Positions 50,206 to 61,100 of a stretch of 64,000 nt of DNA are shown in pieces. This DNA comes from Candidatus Aceula meridiana. Lineage in GTDB: Bacteria; Omnitrophota; Gorgyraeia; Zapsychrales; Aceulaceae. The stretch lies in the NCBI GenBank assembly GCA_030765185.1, contig JAVCDE010000018.1:2-64001 (forward strand), given 5' to 3'. A program made the position numbers and the translations under genes. The notes below the pieces were generated by a model, which saw nothing but the letters and a program-made list of their open reading frames with translations, was not told the origin of the DNA and searched no databases. Numbering within the stretch: position 1 is the stretch's first letter; each line of letters begins with the position of its first letter.

Positions 50206-51129
50206 TTACAGAAAAAGGCCTTCAATATCTGCCGGAGTAGCAATATTATAAACTTTTAATGAGGAATCGATCTTTCTTGCCAAGCCTTTTAAGACTTTTC
50301 CAGGGCCGATTTCAATAAAAGTAGTGACACCTTGCGATGCCATAAACTTTATGGAATCTTCCCAAAGCACGGATGAGGTAATTTGTTTATAAAGATTATC
50401 ACGCACAACATCTGCGCTTGATTGAGGCGCGGCATCAACATTGCCCACAACAGGAATTGCAAGGTCAGAAATAGCAGCACCATTTAAAGCTTGTTTAAAT
50501 TTATCCGCAGCCGACTGCATCAAGCTCGAGTGAAAAGCCCCTGCAACTGTTAGAGGAATAACGCTTTTAGCACCTGCCGCTGTAATCATCTCACAGGCCT
50601 TAACAACTTTTTCTTCTTCGCCTGAGATAACAATCTGCACCGGAGAATTAAAATTAGCAACCTCTACCCCTGCCTGAGCACAAAGCTCTTTTAATTTTTC
50701 CTTATCAAATCCAATAATTGCAGCCATAGAACCTTTTTGTGCCTTGCAGGCCTCATCCATGGCAGAACCTCTTTTTTCTACTAACGAAATCGCATCTTCA
50801 AAAGAAAACGCACCGGAGGCAATAAGCGCAGAATATTCGCCAAGGCTTAAGCCCGCGGTAAATCGCACGTTAAGACTAGAAAATTTTGGATGGGCTTTAA
50901 GAGCAGCAAGCGCCGCGCAAGAAAAACTTACAATCGCCGGTTGGCAGTAACTAGTTAATTTTAATTTATCTTCCGGACCATTAAAAATAACATCCAGCAA
51001 ATCATTGCCAAGCACACTTTGTCCTTTATCAAAAATAACTTTGGCCTCAGGCGAACTATCATAGAGCTCTTTGCCCATTCCAACAGTTTGAGCACCTTGT
51101 CCCGGAAATATTAAAGCTACGTCTACCAT
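50206..51129 (-). CDS. fabD: Malonyl CoA-ACP transacylase
   Basis: IFPGQGAQTVGMG, and the nucleophile elbow G(L)SLGEYSAL. Confidence 0.9.
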   Translation of the reverse strand: MVDVALIFPGQGAQTVGMGKELYDSSPEAKVIFDKGQSVLGNDLLDVIFNGPEDKLKLTSYCQPAIVSFSCAALAALKAHPKFSSLNVRFTAGLSLGEYSALIASGAFSFEDAISLVEKRGSAMDEACKAQKGSMAAIIGFDKEKLKELCAQAGVEVANFNSPVQIVISGEEEKVVKACEMITAAGAKSVIPLTVAGAFHSSLMQSAADKFKQALNGAAISDLAIPVVGNVDAAPQSSADVVRDNLYKQITSSVLWEDSIKFMASQGVTTFIEIGPGKVLKGLARKIDSSLKVYNIATPADIEGLFL

Positions 51130-52100
51130 TTTAAAACCATCGCCCCTGAAACCAAGCCTGCCCCAAATGCCACTAAAATGACATAATCACCTTTACGAAT
51201 ACGCTCAACTTCGATCGCTTCATAAAGTGCAACCGCGGCTGAGGCCGCAGACATGTTTCCATATTTTTCAATGTTAATAAAAAACTTCTCCTTTGGAATT
51301 TTTAATTTCCTGGCAACACCGCTAATAATTCTATCGTTAGCTTGATGCGGAACAACACAGGCAACATCTGAAATCTTTATTTTTGCTTTTTTAAGTGCCT
51401 GTTCGACGCAGTCTGCCATAGAATTAACGGCGATCTTAAAGAGCTCAGGCCCTCTCATACGGATATAGGGTAACTCTCCTGAAGAATGTTTTGGCTTAGA
51501 CGGATGACGCGTCTCAGGCGTAATGACCTTCATAAGCTCTCCGAACTCACCAAAACTTTCTAAATGCTCGGATAAAATTCCTTTTCTTTTGCCGCATGCT
51601 AGAATGCACGCCCCTGCTCCGTCGCCAAATAAAACACATGTTCCTCTGTCTTGCCAATCAATCATAGTCGTCAATTGGTCTGCGGCAATAACAAGCGCAT
51701 TTTTATACATACCTGTTAATAAAAATTGATGCGCTACCGACATCGCATACACATATCCGCTGCAGGCTGCCGAAATATCAAAAGCAACAGCTTGCTTGGC
51801 ACTGATAGCTTTTTGAACAAGGCACGCGACCGATGGAAAATTACTGTCCGGTGAGGTTGTGGCAACAATGATAAGTTCAATTTTTGATGCAGCAAGCTTT
51901 GCGTTATGCAAGGCTTCTTTGGCAGCTTCAATGGCTAAATGTGATGTCTTTTCATGTTCTCCGGCGATACGGCGTTCTTTGATGCCTGTGCGCGTTACAA
52001 TCCACTCGTCTGAAGTCTCAACTATTTTTTCTAAATCTGCATTGGTAAGCTTCTTTTTAGGAACATACTTCCCAACAGAAACAATTTCAATATTTTTCAT
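51123..52100 (-). CDS. fabH: Beta-ketoacyl-ACP synthase III
   Basis: VTRTGIKERR; DISAACSGYVYAM (Cys); HQANDRII (His); YGNMSAASAA (Asn). Confidence 0.9.
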   Translation of the reverse strand: MKNIEIVSVGKYVPKKKLTNADLEKIVETSDEWIVTRTGIKERRIAGEHEKTSHLAIEAAKEALHNAKLAASKIELIIVATTSPDSNFPSVACLVQKAISAKQAVAFDISAACSGYVYAMSVAHQFLLTGMYKNALVIAADQLTTMIDWQDRGTCVLFGDGAGACILACGKRKGILSEHLESFGEFGELMKVITPETRHPSKPKHSSGELPYIRMRGPELFKIAVNSMADCVEQALKKAKIKISDVACVVPHQANDRIISGVARKLKIPKEKFFINIEKYGNMSAASAAVALYEAIEVERIRKGDYVILVAFGAGLVSGAMVLKW

Positions 52101-52103
52101 GAA

Positions 52104-53090
52104 TTAATTAACCTCTCTGATAAGTTCACTGATGATGTTGTTTTCAACTTCGTGGATGGTTGCACGGATGGCATTTTTAATTGCCTTGGCATTAGAGCGG
52201 CCATGACTAATCATAACAAGACCATTAACGCCAAGTAAGGGTGCTCCACCATACTCAGAATAATCAGCATGTTTTTTAATATGGCTAAGACGTGTCTTCA
52301 TAAGAAAAGCACCCCACATTGCAAGAGGGACTTTTCTAACCTCCCTCTTAATAAGGCTGCCTGCAGCCTCCATGAGGCTTTCAGAAATCTTAATAACGAT
52401 ATTGCCAGTATATCCATCAGTAATAATGCAATCATATTCCCCTTTATAAATCTCATTAGCTTCGACATTGCCGGAAAAATTTGGAAGATTCTCCGAGAAA
52501 AGTTTATGCGTCTCTTTCATGAAATCACTTCCTTTTGTCTCTTCCGCGCCGATGTTCAAAAGTCCAATACGTGGATTCGTAATATTGAGAACTTTCTGCG
52601 CATAAACATTAGCCATTAATGCTGAATGTAAAAGATGCTTTGGCTTTGGATCAATGTTTGCCCCAACATCAATAAGAAAAGAAAACTTCTTTAATGTCGG
52701 CAGAACAAGTCCGATCGCCGGGCGCTCAACGCCGGGAAGCATTCTTAAATAAACAGTCGAAGCAGAAACCACCGCTCCGGTATTTCCAGCGCTGATAAAG
52801 GCGTCGTATTTTTCAGATTCTTTTAGAAGGCGAATGCCAACAGAAATGGAAGAGTTTTTCTTTTTGCGTAGAGAGATGACAGCTGAATCGTGCATGCCGA
52901 TGATATCCGGTGCATGAACAATCTCAATTCGGTCTTTAGGATAATCTTGATGGCTAAGTTCAGCGCGTATGCGCGATTCAATACCGACTAAGGTAATCGT
53001 GACATCAAATTCTTCCAGAGCCTGAACTGCACCTTGGATAATTTCGTATGGGGCGTGATCGCCGCCCATGGCATCAAGAATAATATTCAA
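52104..53090 (-). CDS. plsX: Phosphate acyltransferase PlsX
   Basis: MNIILDAMGGDHAPYEIIQGAV N-terminal signature. Confidence 0.9.
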   Translation of the reverse strand: MNIILDAMGGDHAPYEIIQGAVQALEEFDVTITLVGIESRIRAELSHQDYPKDRIEIVHAPDIIGMHDSAVISLRKKKNSSISVGIRLLKESEKYDAFISAGNTGAVVSASTVYLRMLPGVERPAIGLVLPTLKKFSFLIDVGANIDPKPKHLLHSALMANVYAQKVLNITNPRIGLLNIGAEETKGSDFMKETHKLFSENLPNFSGNVEANEIYKGEYDCIITDGYTGNIVIKISESLMEAAGSLIKREVRKVPLAMWGAFLMKTRLSHIKKHADYSEYGGAPLLGVNGLVMISHGRSNAKAIKNAIRATIHEVENNIISELIREVN

Positions 53091-53148
53091 ATAAAGCTCC
53101 TAATAAACTTCAAGAATAAACTAAAATTTAAAGCTTACAACTTATGCT

Positions 53149-53349
53149 TTATTTAACCTTTTTCTTTTCTTTCACTTTTACTTCAACAACTTGTTTCCCT
53201 TTATAGTGACCACAGAAAGGGCAAACACGATGCGAAATAATTTCTTTCTTGCAGTTTGGACATGGCTTTGAGCCTGGAACGTCAGTTTTCCAATGCGTTC
53301 TTCTCTTGCGACTCCGCTGTTTTGAATGTTGTCTTTTTGGTAGTGCCAT
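53149..53349 (-). CDS. rpmF: 50S ribosomal protein L32
   Basis: MALPKRQHSKQRSRKRRTHW...CPNC...CPFCGHYKG. Confidence 0.9.
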   Translation of the reverse strand: MALPKRQHSKQRSRKRRTHWKTDVPGSKPCPNCKKEIISHRVCPFCGHYKGKQVVEVKVKEKKKVK

Positions 53350-53358
53350 TATTACTCC

Positions 53359-53418
53359 TTTAAATGAGCGCCTGACTTACGAAGTTTACGACGTCAAGTC
53401 AGCCGCGTGAATTTATCC
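53359..53418 (-). promoter_or_regulatory. Conserved ~60-nt leader element, copy B, abutting the rpmF RBS
   Basis: See copy A. Hairpin ctgacttgacg-tcgtaaactt-cgtaagtcag on the transcribed strand. It ends at the AAGGAG RBS of rpmF. Confidence 0.5.
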
Positions 53419-53454
53419 TTTTCGGCTCGCGCCCTAGCGGGGCGAAGCAGAAAT

Positions 53455-53868
53455 CTACTTGTTACACTTGCATTTTTCTTCATTTAAATTTATCCCACAA
53501 CTTTGACAAATTCCTTTGCAATCATCGCGGCAAAGTATCTTCATGGGAATTTCTGTAATAATTTCTTGCCGAATATCATCGCCGAGCTCGATATGATTTG
53601 TCGTCGGCTCAATCATATAATTAAATTTAAAATCTTTTTGAATCTCTTTTTCAAAGGACTCAAGGCAACGCGTACAAACAAACGAAAACTTAGCCTTAAC
53701 TTCTGCCGCCACCGTTACCGCATTGGTAATCTTCTCAAGCTTAGCGAAAACCTCAACCGGCTGAATAATACAACTCACTGCATCATCACTAAAATCAAAC
53801 TCGTCCTGGCTTATTACCCCATCTATGCTTACCGGATACGAAGGAATATCTCTAACGGCGATTCTCAT
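53455..53868 (-). CDS. yceD: YceD/DUF177-family protein
   Basis: Cys cluster CTRCLESF...CRDDCKGICQSCGINLNEEKCKC. It sits in the conserved position upstream of rpmF. Confidence 0.8.
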   Translation of the reverse strand: MRIAVRDIPSYPVSIDGVISQDEFDFSDDAVSCIIQPVEVFAKLEKITNAVTVAAEVKAKFSFVCTRCLESFEKEIQKDFKFNYMIEPTTNHIELGDDIRQEIITEIPMKILCRDDCKGICQSCGINLNEEKCKCNK

Positions 53869-54347
53869 CGCTTCATTTTAGCTTTAATATTTTTCTCAAC
53901 AAAGCCAGGAACAAACGATGAAATATCCGCGCCTAAACTGGCTGTTTCCTTTAAAAGCGTTGAAGAAATAAACGAATGGTTTTCTGACGGCATCAAAAAA
54001 ACTGTTTCAATGTCTTCGGCAAAACGGCGATTGGTCAATGCCATCTGAAATTCGTATTCAAAATCGGATATCATTCGCAAGCCGCGTATTAAAATATTTG
54101 TTTTCTTCTTACGCGCAAAATTAACAACTAGTCCGTCAAACGGCTCAACCTTAACCCCCCCCATATCTTTGGTAGCCTGTTTTACCATGTCCAGGCGCTC
54201 TCCACATTTAAAAGTCAATTTCTTCCGGGAAGTTTGTGCCACAGCAACAATAACCTCCGAAAAAATGGCCCTTGTCCTTTTAATAACGTCTAAATGCCCA
54301 TAGGTAATTGGATCAAAGGTTCCGGGATAAATTGCAAGATTGCTCAT
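53865..54347 (-). CDS. coaD: Phosphopantetheine adenylyltransferase
   Basis: LAIYPGTFDPITYGHLDVIKR. Confidence 0.9.
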   Translation of the reverse strand: MSNLAIYPGTFDPITYGHLDVIKRTRAIFSEVIVAVAQTSRKKLTFKCGERLDMVKQATKDMGGVKVEPFDGLVVNFARKKKTNILIRGLRMISDFEYEFQMALTNRRFAEDIETVFLMPSENHSFISSTLLKETASLGADISSFVPGFVEKNIKAKMKR

Positions 54348-54351
54348 ATTT

Positions 54352-54915
54352 CTAAATTTTCCTATAAATAGTTAAAAAGGAAGCGCCGTATTTTCGTCTT
54401 TTAAGAAGGCTTAAAGGCCCCTCGGAGTCAGGCAAAACTTCCCTTTTTTCGTGTTGGAACACAACAATCGAATTGGGCTGTAATATATCATAGCCACATA
54501 GGGTTTTCAAGGCTTTTTTTGCCAGTTCTCGACTATAAGGCGGGTCTATAAAGACAACGTCGAAAAGTTTCTTTTCTTTTAAAAAAATCTTAATAGCGGC
54601 AAAAACATCTGAGTGAACAACGTCTAAATAAGAGTCTTTGCGCTCGCTTGCAGGTGATGCCAACGACATCAAGTTTTCTTCAATAAGGCGTGCGCGCTTG
54701 TAATCTTTTTCAACCCAAAAAACATTTTTTGCGCCCCTAGAAAGCGCCTCAAGGCCAACAGCCCCGCTCCCGGCAAAAAGATCCAAAAAAGATACCCCTT
54801 CTAAATCTTGGCCCAGGGTGTCAAAGAGCGACTTTCGGATGATGTCCGAAGTTGGGCGAATGCCCTGGGGCATGTAAAAATTACGTCCTTTGAGGGTTCC
54901 TGATAGAATTTTCAT
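54352..54915 (-). CDS. rsmD: 16S rRNA (guanine966-N2)-methyltransferase RsmD
   Basis: RPTSDIIRKSLFDTL...LDLFAGSGAVGLEALSRGA...VFIDPPY. Confidence 0.85.
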   Translation of the reverse strand: MKILSGTLKGRNFYMPQGIRPTSDIIRKSLFDTLGQDLEGVSFLDLFAGSGAVGLEALSRGAKNVFWVEKDYKRARLIEENLMSLASPASERKDSYLDVVHSDVFAAIKIFLKEKKLFDVVFIDPPYSRELAKKALKTLCGYDILQPNSIVVFQHEKREVLPDSEGPLSLLKRRKYGASFLTIYRKI

Positions 54916-55030
54916 AAAAAATGTAGTATTTGTTATATAGCGTATAGTCTTAAAATTTTAAAAGTTAGCTCTTAGCGTATAAATTTTTATCTAAACTATA
55001 CGCTATGTGTCATACGCTATACGCTAGTAA

Positions 55031-57121
55031 TCATCCTGATAAAATATTTGCCAAATACGCTGGATACCGATTTAGTATTGCCTCTTTTATAGCAGCATTT
55101 GCCTTGTTTTGCAATGACGGATCTTCTTCAGTTAAGGCAATAGCTTCCTTGCGGGCATCTTCTAGAATATCAAGTTGGATTTGAGGATTGGCGATTTTTA
55201 ATTCGTTAAGTCCGTGCTGATGGCGTCCAAAGAACTCGCCTGGCCCACGAATCATTAAATCTTTTTGGGCAATCTCGAATCCATCTGTCGTTGATAAAAT
55301 GGCCTCAATACGGGCAACCCCCTCTTGTGTTGTCGGCTCTGTAATCAAAAAACAATGGGAATGCTTTGCCCCCCGTCCAATGCGCCCACGCAGCTGATGC
55401 AGCTGCAAAAGCCCAAACCGCTCTGCATGCTCAATAAGCATAGCCGTGGCATTAGGAACATCGACACCAACTTCTAAAACCGTTGTCGCGACAAGAATAT
55501 CAATTTCCCTGTTCTTAAACTTTTGCATAACGTCTTGTGCCTGATTCTTTTTCATCTGGCCATGAATAAGCCCTACCTTAAAATCTTTAAACTCTTTAAG
55601 CTGAAACCTCTTAAACATCTTTTGCGCGCTTTTAAGTTCTAGTTTCTCAGACTCATCAATCACAGGATAAACAATATAGGCTTGCTCACCACGCTCAACA
55701 ATCGCGCGAACAGCTTTATACGCTAGGGCCTCCTCTTCGGGCTTAAAGGCCTGGGTCGTAACTTGTCCTCGTCCCGAGGGAAGCTCGCTTATTGTTGATA
55801 CATCCAAATCACCATACAGCGTTAAACAAAGAGTTCGTGGAATCGGCGTAGCTGTCATTACCAGGACGTCAGGATTCATACCCTTAGCTGATAAAAGTGC
55901 ACGCTGACGCACGCCAAACTTGTGCTGCTCATCAATGACAACAAAACTTAAATTCTTAAAATTAATACCATCTTGAATCAAGGCATGGGTTCCAACAAGA
56001 ATATCTATCTTTCCCTGTTTTATTTCGTTGATAGTTTTTTCACGTTCCTTTTTATCAGTCGTATTAATAAAAAGTTTTATTTTCTTATTTTTAAAATTAG
56101 ATTTTTTAAGAAGTTTTTCAAGAACTTCGAAGTGTTGACGGGCCAGAATTTCTGTTGGCACCATTATTGCAGCTTGATAACCGTTGCTAGCCGCTGCCAA
56201 GGCACCAAAAAAAGCGACAAGGGTTTTTCCGGAACCAACATCCCCCTGCAGAAGACGATGCATAGGATAAGCACAAGAAAGATCCTTTTTGATTTCTTCA
56301 ATGACGTTCTGCTGAGATCCCGTTAGAGAAAAAGGAAAAAGGTCTAAGAAGCTACTACAAAACTTCTCTGAAATTCTATGTGCGGTTCCTTTTTTTCGAA
56401 CAATGCTTAAACGTCTTAACAAAACTGATATTTGGAACAAAAAGAATTCTTCAAATGAAACACGTCGATAAGCTACTTCCTGCGCTTTATCGCTTTCAGG
56501 AAAATGAATATTTAAAAAACTCTTGATAAGATTATCAAGTTTATATCGACGACGTAGATTATACGATAAAAGCTCTTTGGTCTCAGATGAATACTTATCT
56601 AAAGCACGCTTAACCGTTTTTCGAACATACCGCTGAGTCATGCCGCGCGTTAAAGGATAAATAGGGACAATGCGTCCGATGCTTAAAGATTTGTCCTCTT
56701 CATCATCAGAGATAATTTCATAATCAGGTGAGACCAGCTGCAAGCGGTCTTTGTAAATGTCTACCTTGCCGTAAAGAACAACCCTCTGGCCGACTTTAAA
56801 ATAACGGTCAAGATAGGGACGGTTAAACCAAACGCAAAAAATCCGTAAGCTTTTATCTCCTACTTCAATTTCATAAACATGTTTTTTAGTGTGCCAGCTT
56901 TTTCGGCCGCTATTGCTTAAAATTTCTCCTGTGACGGTCTGCCACTTTCCGATTTCAACTTTAGAAAGAGGCGTCATTTTTCTACGATCTTCATAACGAC
57001 GAGGGAAAAGATAAAAAAGATCTTCGACGGTATCAATACCTAGACGCAAAAAAGTTTTTTTGCGTTGAGGACCGACACCTTTAACGTATTGAACTGAAGT
57101 TTGCGATAGATTTCTTTTCAT
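55031..57121 (-). CDS. recG: ATP-dependent DNA helicase RecG
   Basis: Wedge/OB N-domain. Helicase motifs (LQGDVGSGKT, DEQHKFG, and others). Confidence 0.95.
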   Translation of the reverse strand: MKRNLSQTSVQYVKGVGPQRKKTFLRLGIDTVEDLFYLFPRRYEDRRKMTPLSKVEIGKWQTVTGEILSNSGRKSWHTKKHVYEIEVGDKSLRIFCVWFNRPYLDRYFKVGQRVVLYGKVDIYKDRLQLVSPDYEIISDDEEDKSLSIGRIVPIYPLTRGMTQRYVRKTVKRALDKYSSETKELLSYNLRRRYKLDNLIKSFLNIHFPESDKAQEVAYRRVSFEEFFLFQISVLLRRLSIVRKKGTAHRISEKFCSSFLDLFPFSLTGSQQNVIEEIKKDLSCAYPMHRLLQGDVGSGKTLVAFFGALAAASNGYQAAIMVPTEILARQHFEVLEKLLKKSNFKNKKIKLFINTTDKKEREKTINEIKQGKIDILVGTHALIQDGINFKNLSFVVIDEQHKFGVRQRALLSAKGMNPDVLVMTATPIPRTLCLTLYGDLDVSTISELPSGRGQVTTQAFKPEEEALAYKAVRAIVERGEQAYIVYPVIDESEKLELKSAQKMFKRFQLKEFKDFKVGLIHGQMKKNQAQDVMQKFKNREIDILVATTVLEVGVDVPNATAMLIEHAERFGLLQLHQLRGRIGRGAKHSHCFLITEPTTQEGVARIEAILSTTDGFEIAQKDLMIRGPGEFFGRHQHGLNELKIANPQIQLDILEDARKEAIALTEEDPSLQNKANAAIKEAILNRYPAYLANILSG

Positions 57122-57161
57122 CGGCGGCTTTAAGGCGGGTTAATCTTCTAGGGGTCAAAAC

Positions 57162-57560
57162 TTAAAAGTTACGTATCCGGCTAACTTGTTTTTCAAAACG
57201 CTTTCGGTATCCATGGCCAAAAACCTTCTGAAAATCGTAACCATCTTTAAAATCTTTAATAGAATCTTCATCGGTCTTGCTTAAAATTTTATGTTCAACA
57301 AGGTTAAAAACCATATTTCCAAAATCTTCTGTTGTCTTAATTCCCCAATGCTCAAGAACAGTTAGCGTCATAAGCCCAAACTTTTCCTGCAAAAGCTCTT
57401 GGGCCCCTTTTAAAAGTTCTTCTCCGCTAACGTGTTTTGAACGCCTAAATTTCTTTTGAGTAAAATTTAAAGCCTCCATAAGAAACTCATAGGCCTCATG
57501 GCTATAACGCGTGTCTTTAGCGTAAATGGTCTCAACTACGTTGTCGAATTCCTGATTCAT
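57162..57560 (-). CDS. Hypothetical protein
   Basis: The start was refined to MNQEFDNV with an AAGGAGAG RBS. No diagnostic motif. Confidence 0.4.
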   Translation of the reverse strand: MNQEFDNVVETIYAKDTRYSHEAYEFLMEALNFTQKKFRRSKHVSGEELLKGAQELLQEKFGLMTLTVLEHWGIKTTEDFGNMVFNLVEHKILSKTDEDSIKDFKDGYDFQKVFGHGYRKRFEKQVSRIRNF

Positions 57561-57660
57561 AACTCTCCTTTTTCTTTCATTTCTCCATTTATTATCGCAG
57601 AAATAGGGTAAAAATGAAAATAAATTATTGAAATTACTAAAATTATGACATAATAATAGT

Positions 57661-58107
57661 ATGCACAAAAAAACAAGATGGCCCTGGAAGGTCTATTTCT
57701 TTATTTCGACATATATGGGAATAATAAACTTTATGGGACTACTCGCCGGAGATTCCCAAATTGACCAATATTATAAAATTCTTATTGTCTTTAAACGAAG
57801 CTACCTTATCTGGTATGGGTTTAATATTGCCAGTATTTCTACAGAGGCGCTCTGCCTTATTCCCCTCTTTTTGTTTGTCTTTCACAAACGCTTTTTAAGT
57901 CCTTTTGTCTGGCAATCTCTTTTTGGAATACGAATCGTCCTTTTTTTTCTAGGCCACTCGTATGAAGTAAAAATGATAAAATCTTATTTTTATGCTAACT
58001 CTGCTGTTGCTGCCGGATCAATTGTCTTCTTATTTCTCTTAATGCTTCCTGCCTATATCGCACATTTTCAATATGCATTCCGACAGAAAAAATTATTTGC
58101 TACTTAA
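57661..58107 (+). CDS. Hypothetical small polytopic membrane protein
   Basis: Four hydrophobic segments. Support is weak: it is an ORF only, with no recognisable family. Confidence 0.3.
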   Translation: MHKKTRWPWKVYFFISTYMGIINFMGLLAGDSQIDQYYKILIVFKRSYLIWYGFNIASISTEALCLIPLFLFVFHKRFLSPFVWQSLFGIRIVLFFLGHSYEVKMIKSYFYANSAVAAGSIVFLFLLMLPAYIAHFQYAFRQKKLFAT

Positions 58108-61100
58108 GCCTTAGGCATCCCATTTTCTCGGATAGTGGAATGGTGTAAAATTTTCTCAGAAATATCATCAATAATCGCATAAATACACGGGATGATGATA
58201 AGCGTTAGGCCCGTCGCAAAAAACAGCCCCCAAATAATAGCCAAGGCCATTGGTTTTAAGAATGGGTCCCCTCCGCCGATTCCATAGGCAACAGAAACAA
58301 GTCCCATAATTGTTGTGATGCTTGTCATTAAAACAGGCCTTAAACGTATTTGACCAGCCTGAACCAATGATTCTCGCCTAGGCTGACCGGATTTTCGCAA
58401 TTTATTAACAAAATCAACAAGCACGATAGCATTGTTGACAACGATGCCCGTCAGTCCGACCAAACCCATAAGCGCAAAGAAGCTTAGAGGGCGGCCATGA
58501 ATAAAGAACGCAATAATAACTCCCAAAAGTCCAAAAGGAATCGCAAGCATAACCACAAAAGGCTGGATAAGTGATTTAAAAATTGCCGTTAAAATAATAA
58601 AAATAAAGAAGAATGCAAATAAAAAAGACCTCATAAGATTGCGGGTAGATTCTTGCTGGTCTTCGTATTCACCGCTATATTTTACCGTGTATCCAAGGTG
58701 ATCCCTCTCGACATTTTTAAACTGTTTTTGGAGCGCCAAATTGGCGCTTAAGGATGAGGCCTTCTTGCCATCAGCGCTGGCGACAACCCAAATGACACGT
58801 TTTCCGTCTAAATGACTAATGACGTAGATTCCCTCTTCTTGCACAACTTGTGCAACGGCTTTCAAAGGAACCAAAGCTCCTTTGGAGTTAGAAACTAAAA
58901 TTTTATCAAATGTTTCAAAACTTCTGCGGTCGTTATCAGGAAAGCGAACAAGGACATTAATTTCATCTTCCGCTTTTTCAGGCCTTACGGTTGTTGCCAG
59001 ACCTCCTTTAAAAACCGCCCTCACAGTATCAGCAATAGAGCTAACATCTAAATAATATTGACGAGCCTTTTGTTCATCGACAACAATACGTAGCTGTTTC
59101 TTTCCGTATTGATAGGAGGTGTCTGCGTCAGAGATTCCCTCCATACCTTGCAAGTATTTTATAAAATCATCCGCAACCTTTTGGGAAACAGAAAAATCAT
59201 CTCCTTTAATTCCAACCTGTACCGAACGCCCGGTAGGAGGGCCTTCTTTTGCCAAATAAAAATATAACTTCTTAAAACCTTGAATTTTCTCAAGCTGCGG
59301 CCTTAACGATTCGACAATTTGTCCTGGATTTCTTTTACGTTCTTGCATTGGCGTTAAAAAGACCGTAATCTGGGCAAGATGGGTCCCTCGTTTTGCGTTT
59401 TCATCCCAGCCCCCTTCGCGTTCGATACTCCCAATATAGGTGCGATAGCTATCAACTTCACCTTTAGGAAGCGTTCCTATTAATTTTTCAACCGGATTAA
59501 GGAGTTCATTCATTTTCTCAAGAGGCGTTCCTTGGACCGCTTCAGCTCGAACATAAAAATATTCAATTCCCTCGCCTGAAAAAAGAATAATTTTCATATA
59601 CATCGCGGCACTCATGCACACAACAATAAAAGTAATAACAAGACCAGTTAAAACTATATAACGGCGATCTAACGCTCCATTTAAAATTCTAGTGTAAAAG
59701 GCAACTAAATTTTTAAACCATTTCTTTTCTTTTTTCTTTACTATACCTTCTTTATTTTGATGTGAATTATGATGTTTAAATTTTTCAAGAAGGCCAGAAA
59801 GATGCGCTGGCAAAATAATAAAAGCTTCTAGGAGAGAGGCAACGAGGGCGACCATGACGACAATCGGAATTTGCTTGATAAACTTCCCCATAATATCTTT
59901 CATAAACATCAACGGAGCAAAAGCAGCAATGGTGGTTAAAATTGTTGCGGTCACAGGAGCAATGACTTCACTTGTGCCTCGGATAGCAGCTTCGCGCGCA
60001 GGCATCCCTCCTTCAACATAGCGGTAAACATTCTCAGAAACAATAATACCGTCATCGACTAACATTCCAAGCACAATAATTAACCCCAGCATTGAAACAA
60101 GGTTGATGCTAATGCCTAAAATATTCATAACAATAAAAGTTGAAAAAAGAGCAATCGGAATTCCTAGAGCCGTCATCACTGCCGGAATGGGGTCCAAGAA
60201 TAAAAAAAGAACTAAAAGAACCAATGCAAACCCGAGCATACCGTTGTTTCTCAAAACATTCAGCCTTCGCTGAACATAATATGAAAAATCATTGGTAATC
60301 GTAATCTTCACATTATCCGGAAGTGTCTTCTGAAAGGACTCGACAACTTTTCGCACCCTAGAGACAACGCGGATAACATCCGCGGCCTCACTCTTGACAA
60401 CAACCATGCCTAACGCACGCTGGCCGTTAATTAAAGCAATACGTGTCTCATCTTCAAACGTATCATAAACCTTGGAAACGTCTTTAACGCACAAATGATT
60501 GCCCATGTCATTAGCACGAATAATAACCTCAGCAATTTGATCTGCCGTTTTAAAATCACCGGTTACACGAATGTTATACTCTACATCGTCTGTTGTTAAC
60601 AACCCACCAGGCAAAGTAACATTGCGACGGTTAAGCGCGGTCATAATTTCCTGTAGGGAAATATGATATTCATTTAATTTTACAGGGTCAACTTCAACCC
60701 AAAATTCCGGGTCTCTCCATCCTATGCGGCTTATACTGGCGACACCCTTAATATCAAGAATCTGATCTTCTAAAGACTCGGCATATTGGCGTCGTTGTTT
60801 TTCCAAGATGTCTCCGCTTAGTGAGATTTCGATAACAGGGCGGTCTTTGCTACGCAGTTCATAAACATATGGGTCGTCTTTAATTTCGGCAGGTAAATTA
60901 CTAACGCGGTCCACCGCCCGCTTGATATCATCAACAACCTGCCTTTTATCACTAGCTTGGGGGTCAATCGTAATGCCTATAGATGAAAGCCCTTCTTCTG
61001 AACTCGAGTTCATCTGCTTGATGCCGCTTAAACCCTTAATTTCTTTTTCAATGGGGATTGTCACAAGCTTCTCAACGTCTTCTGCCGGAGCCCCAGGATA

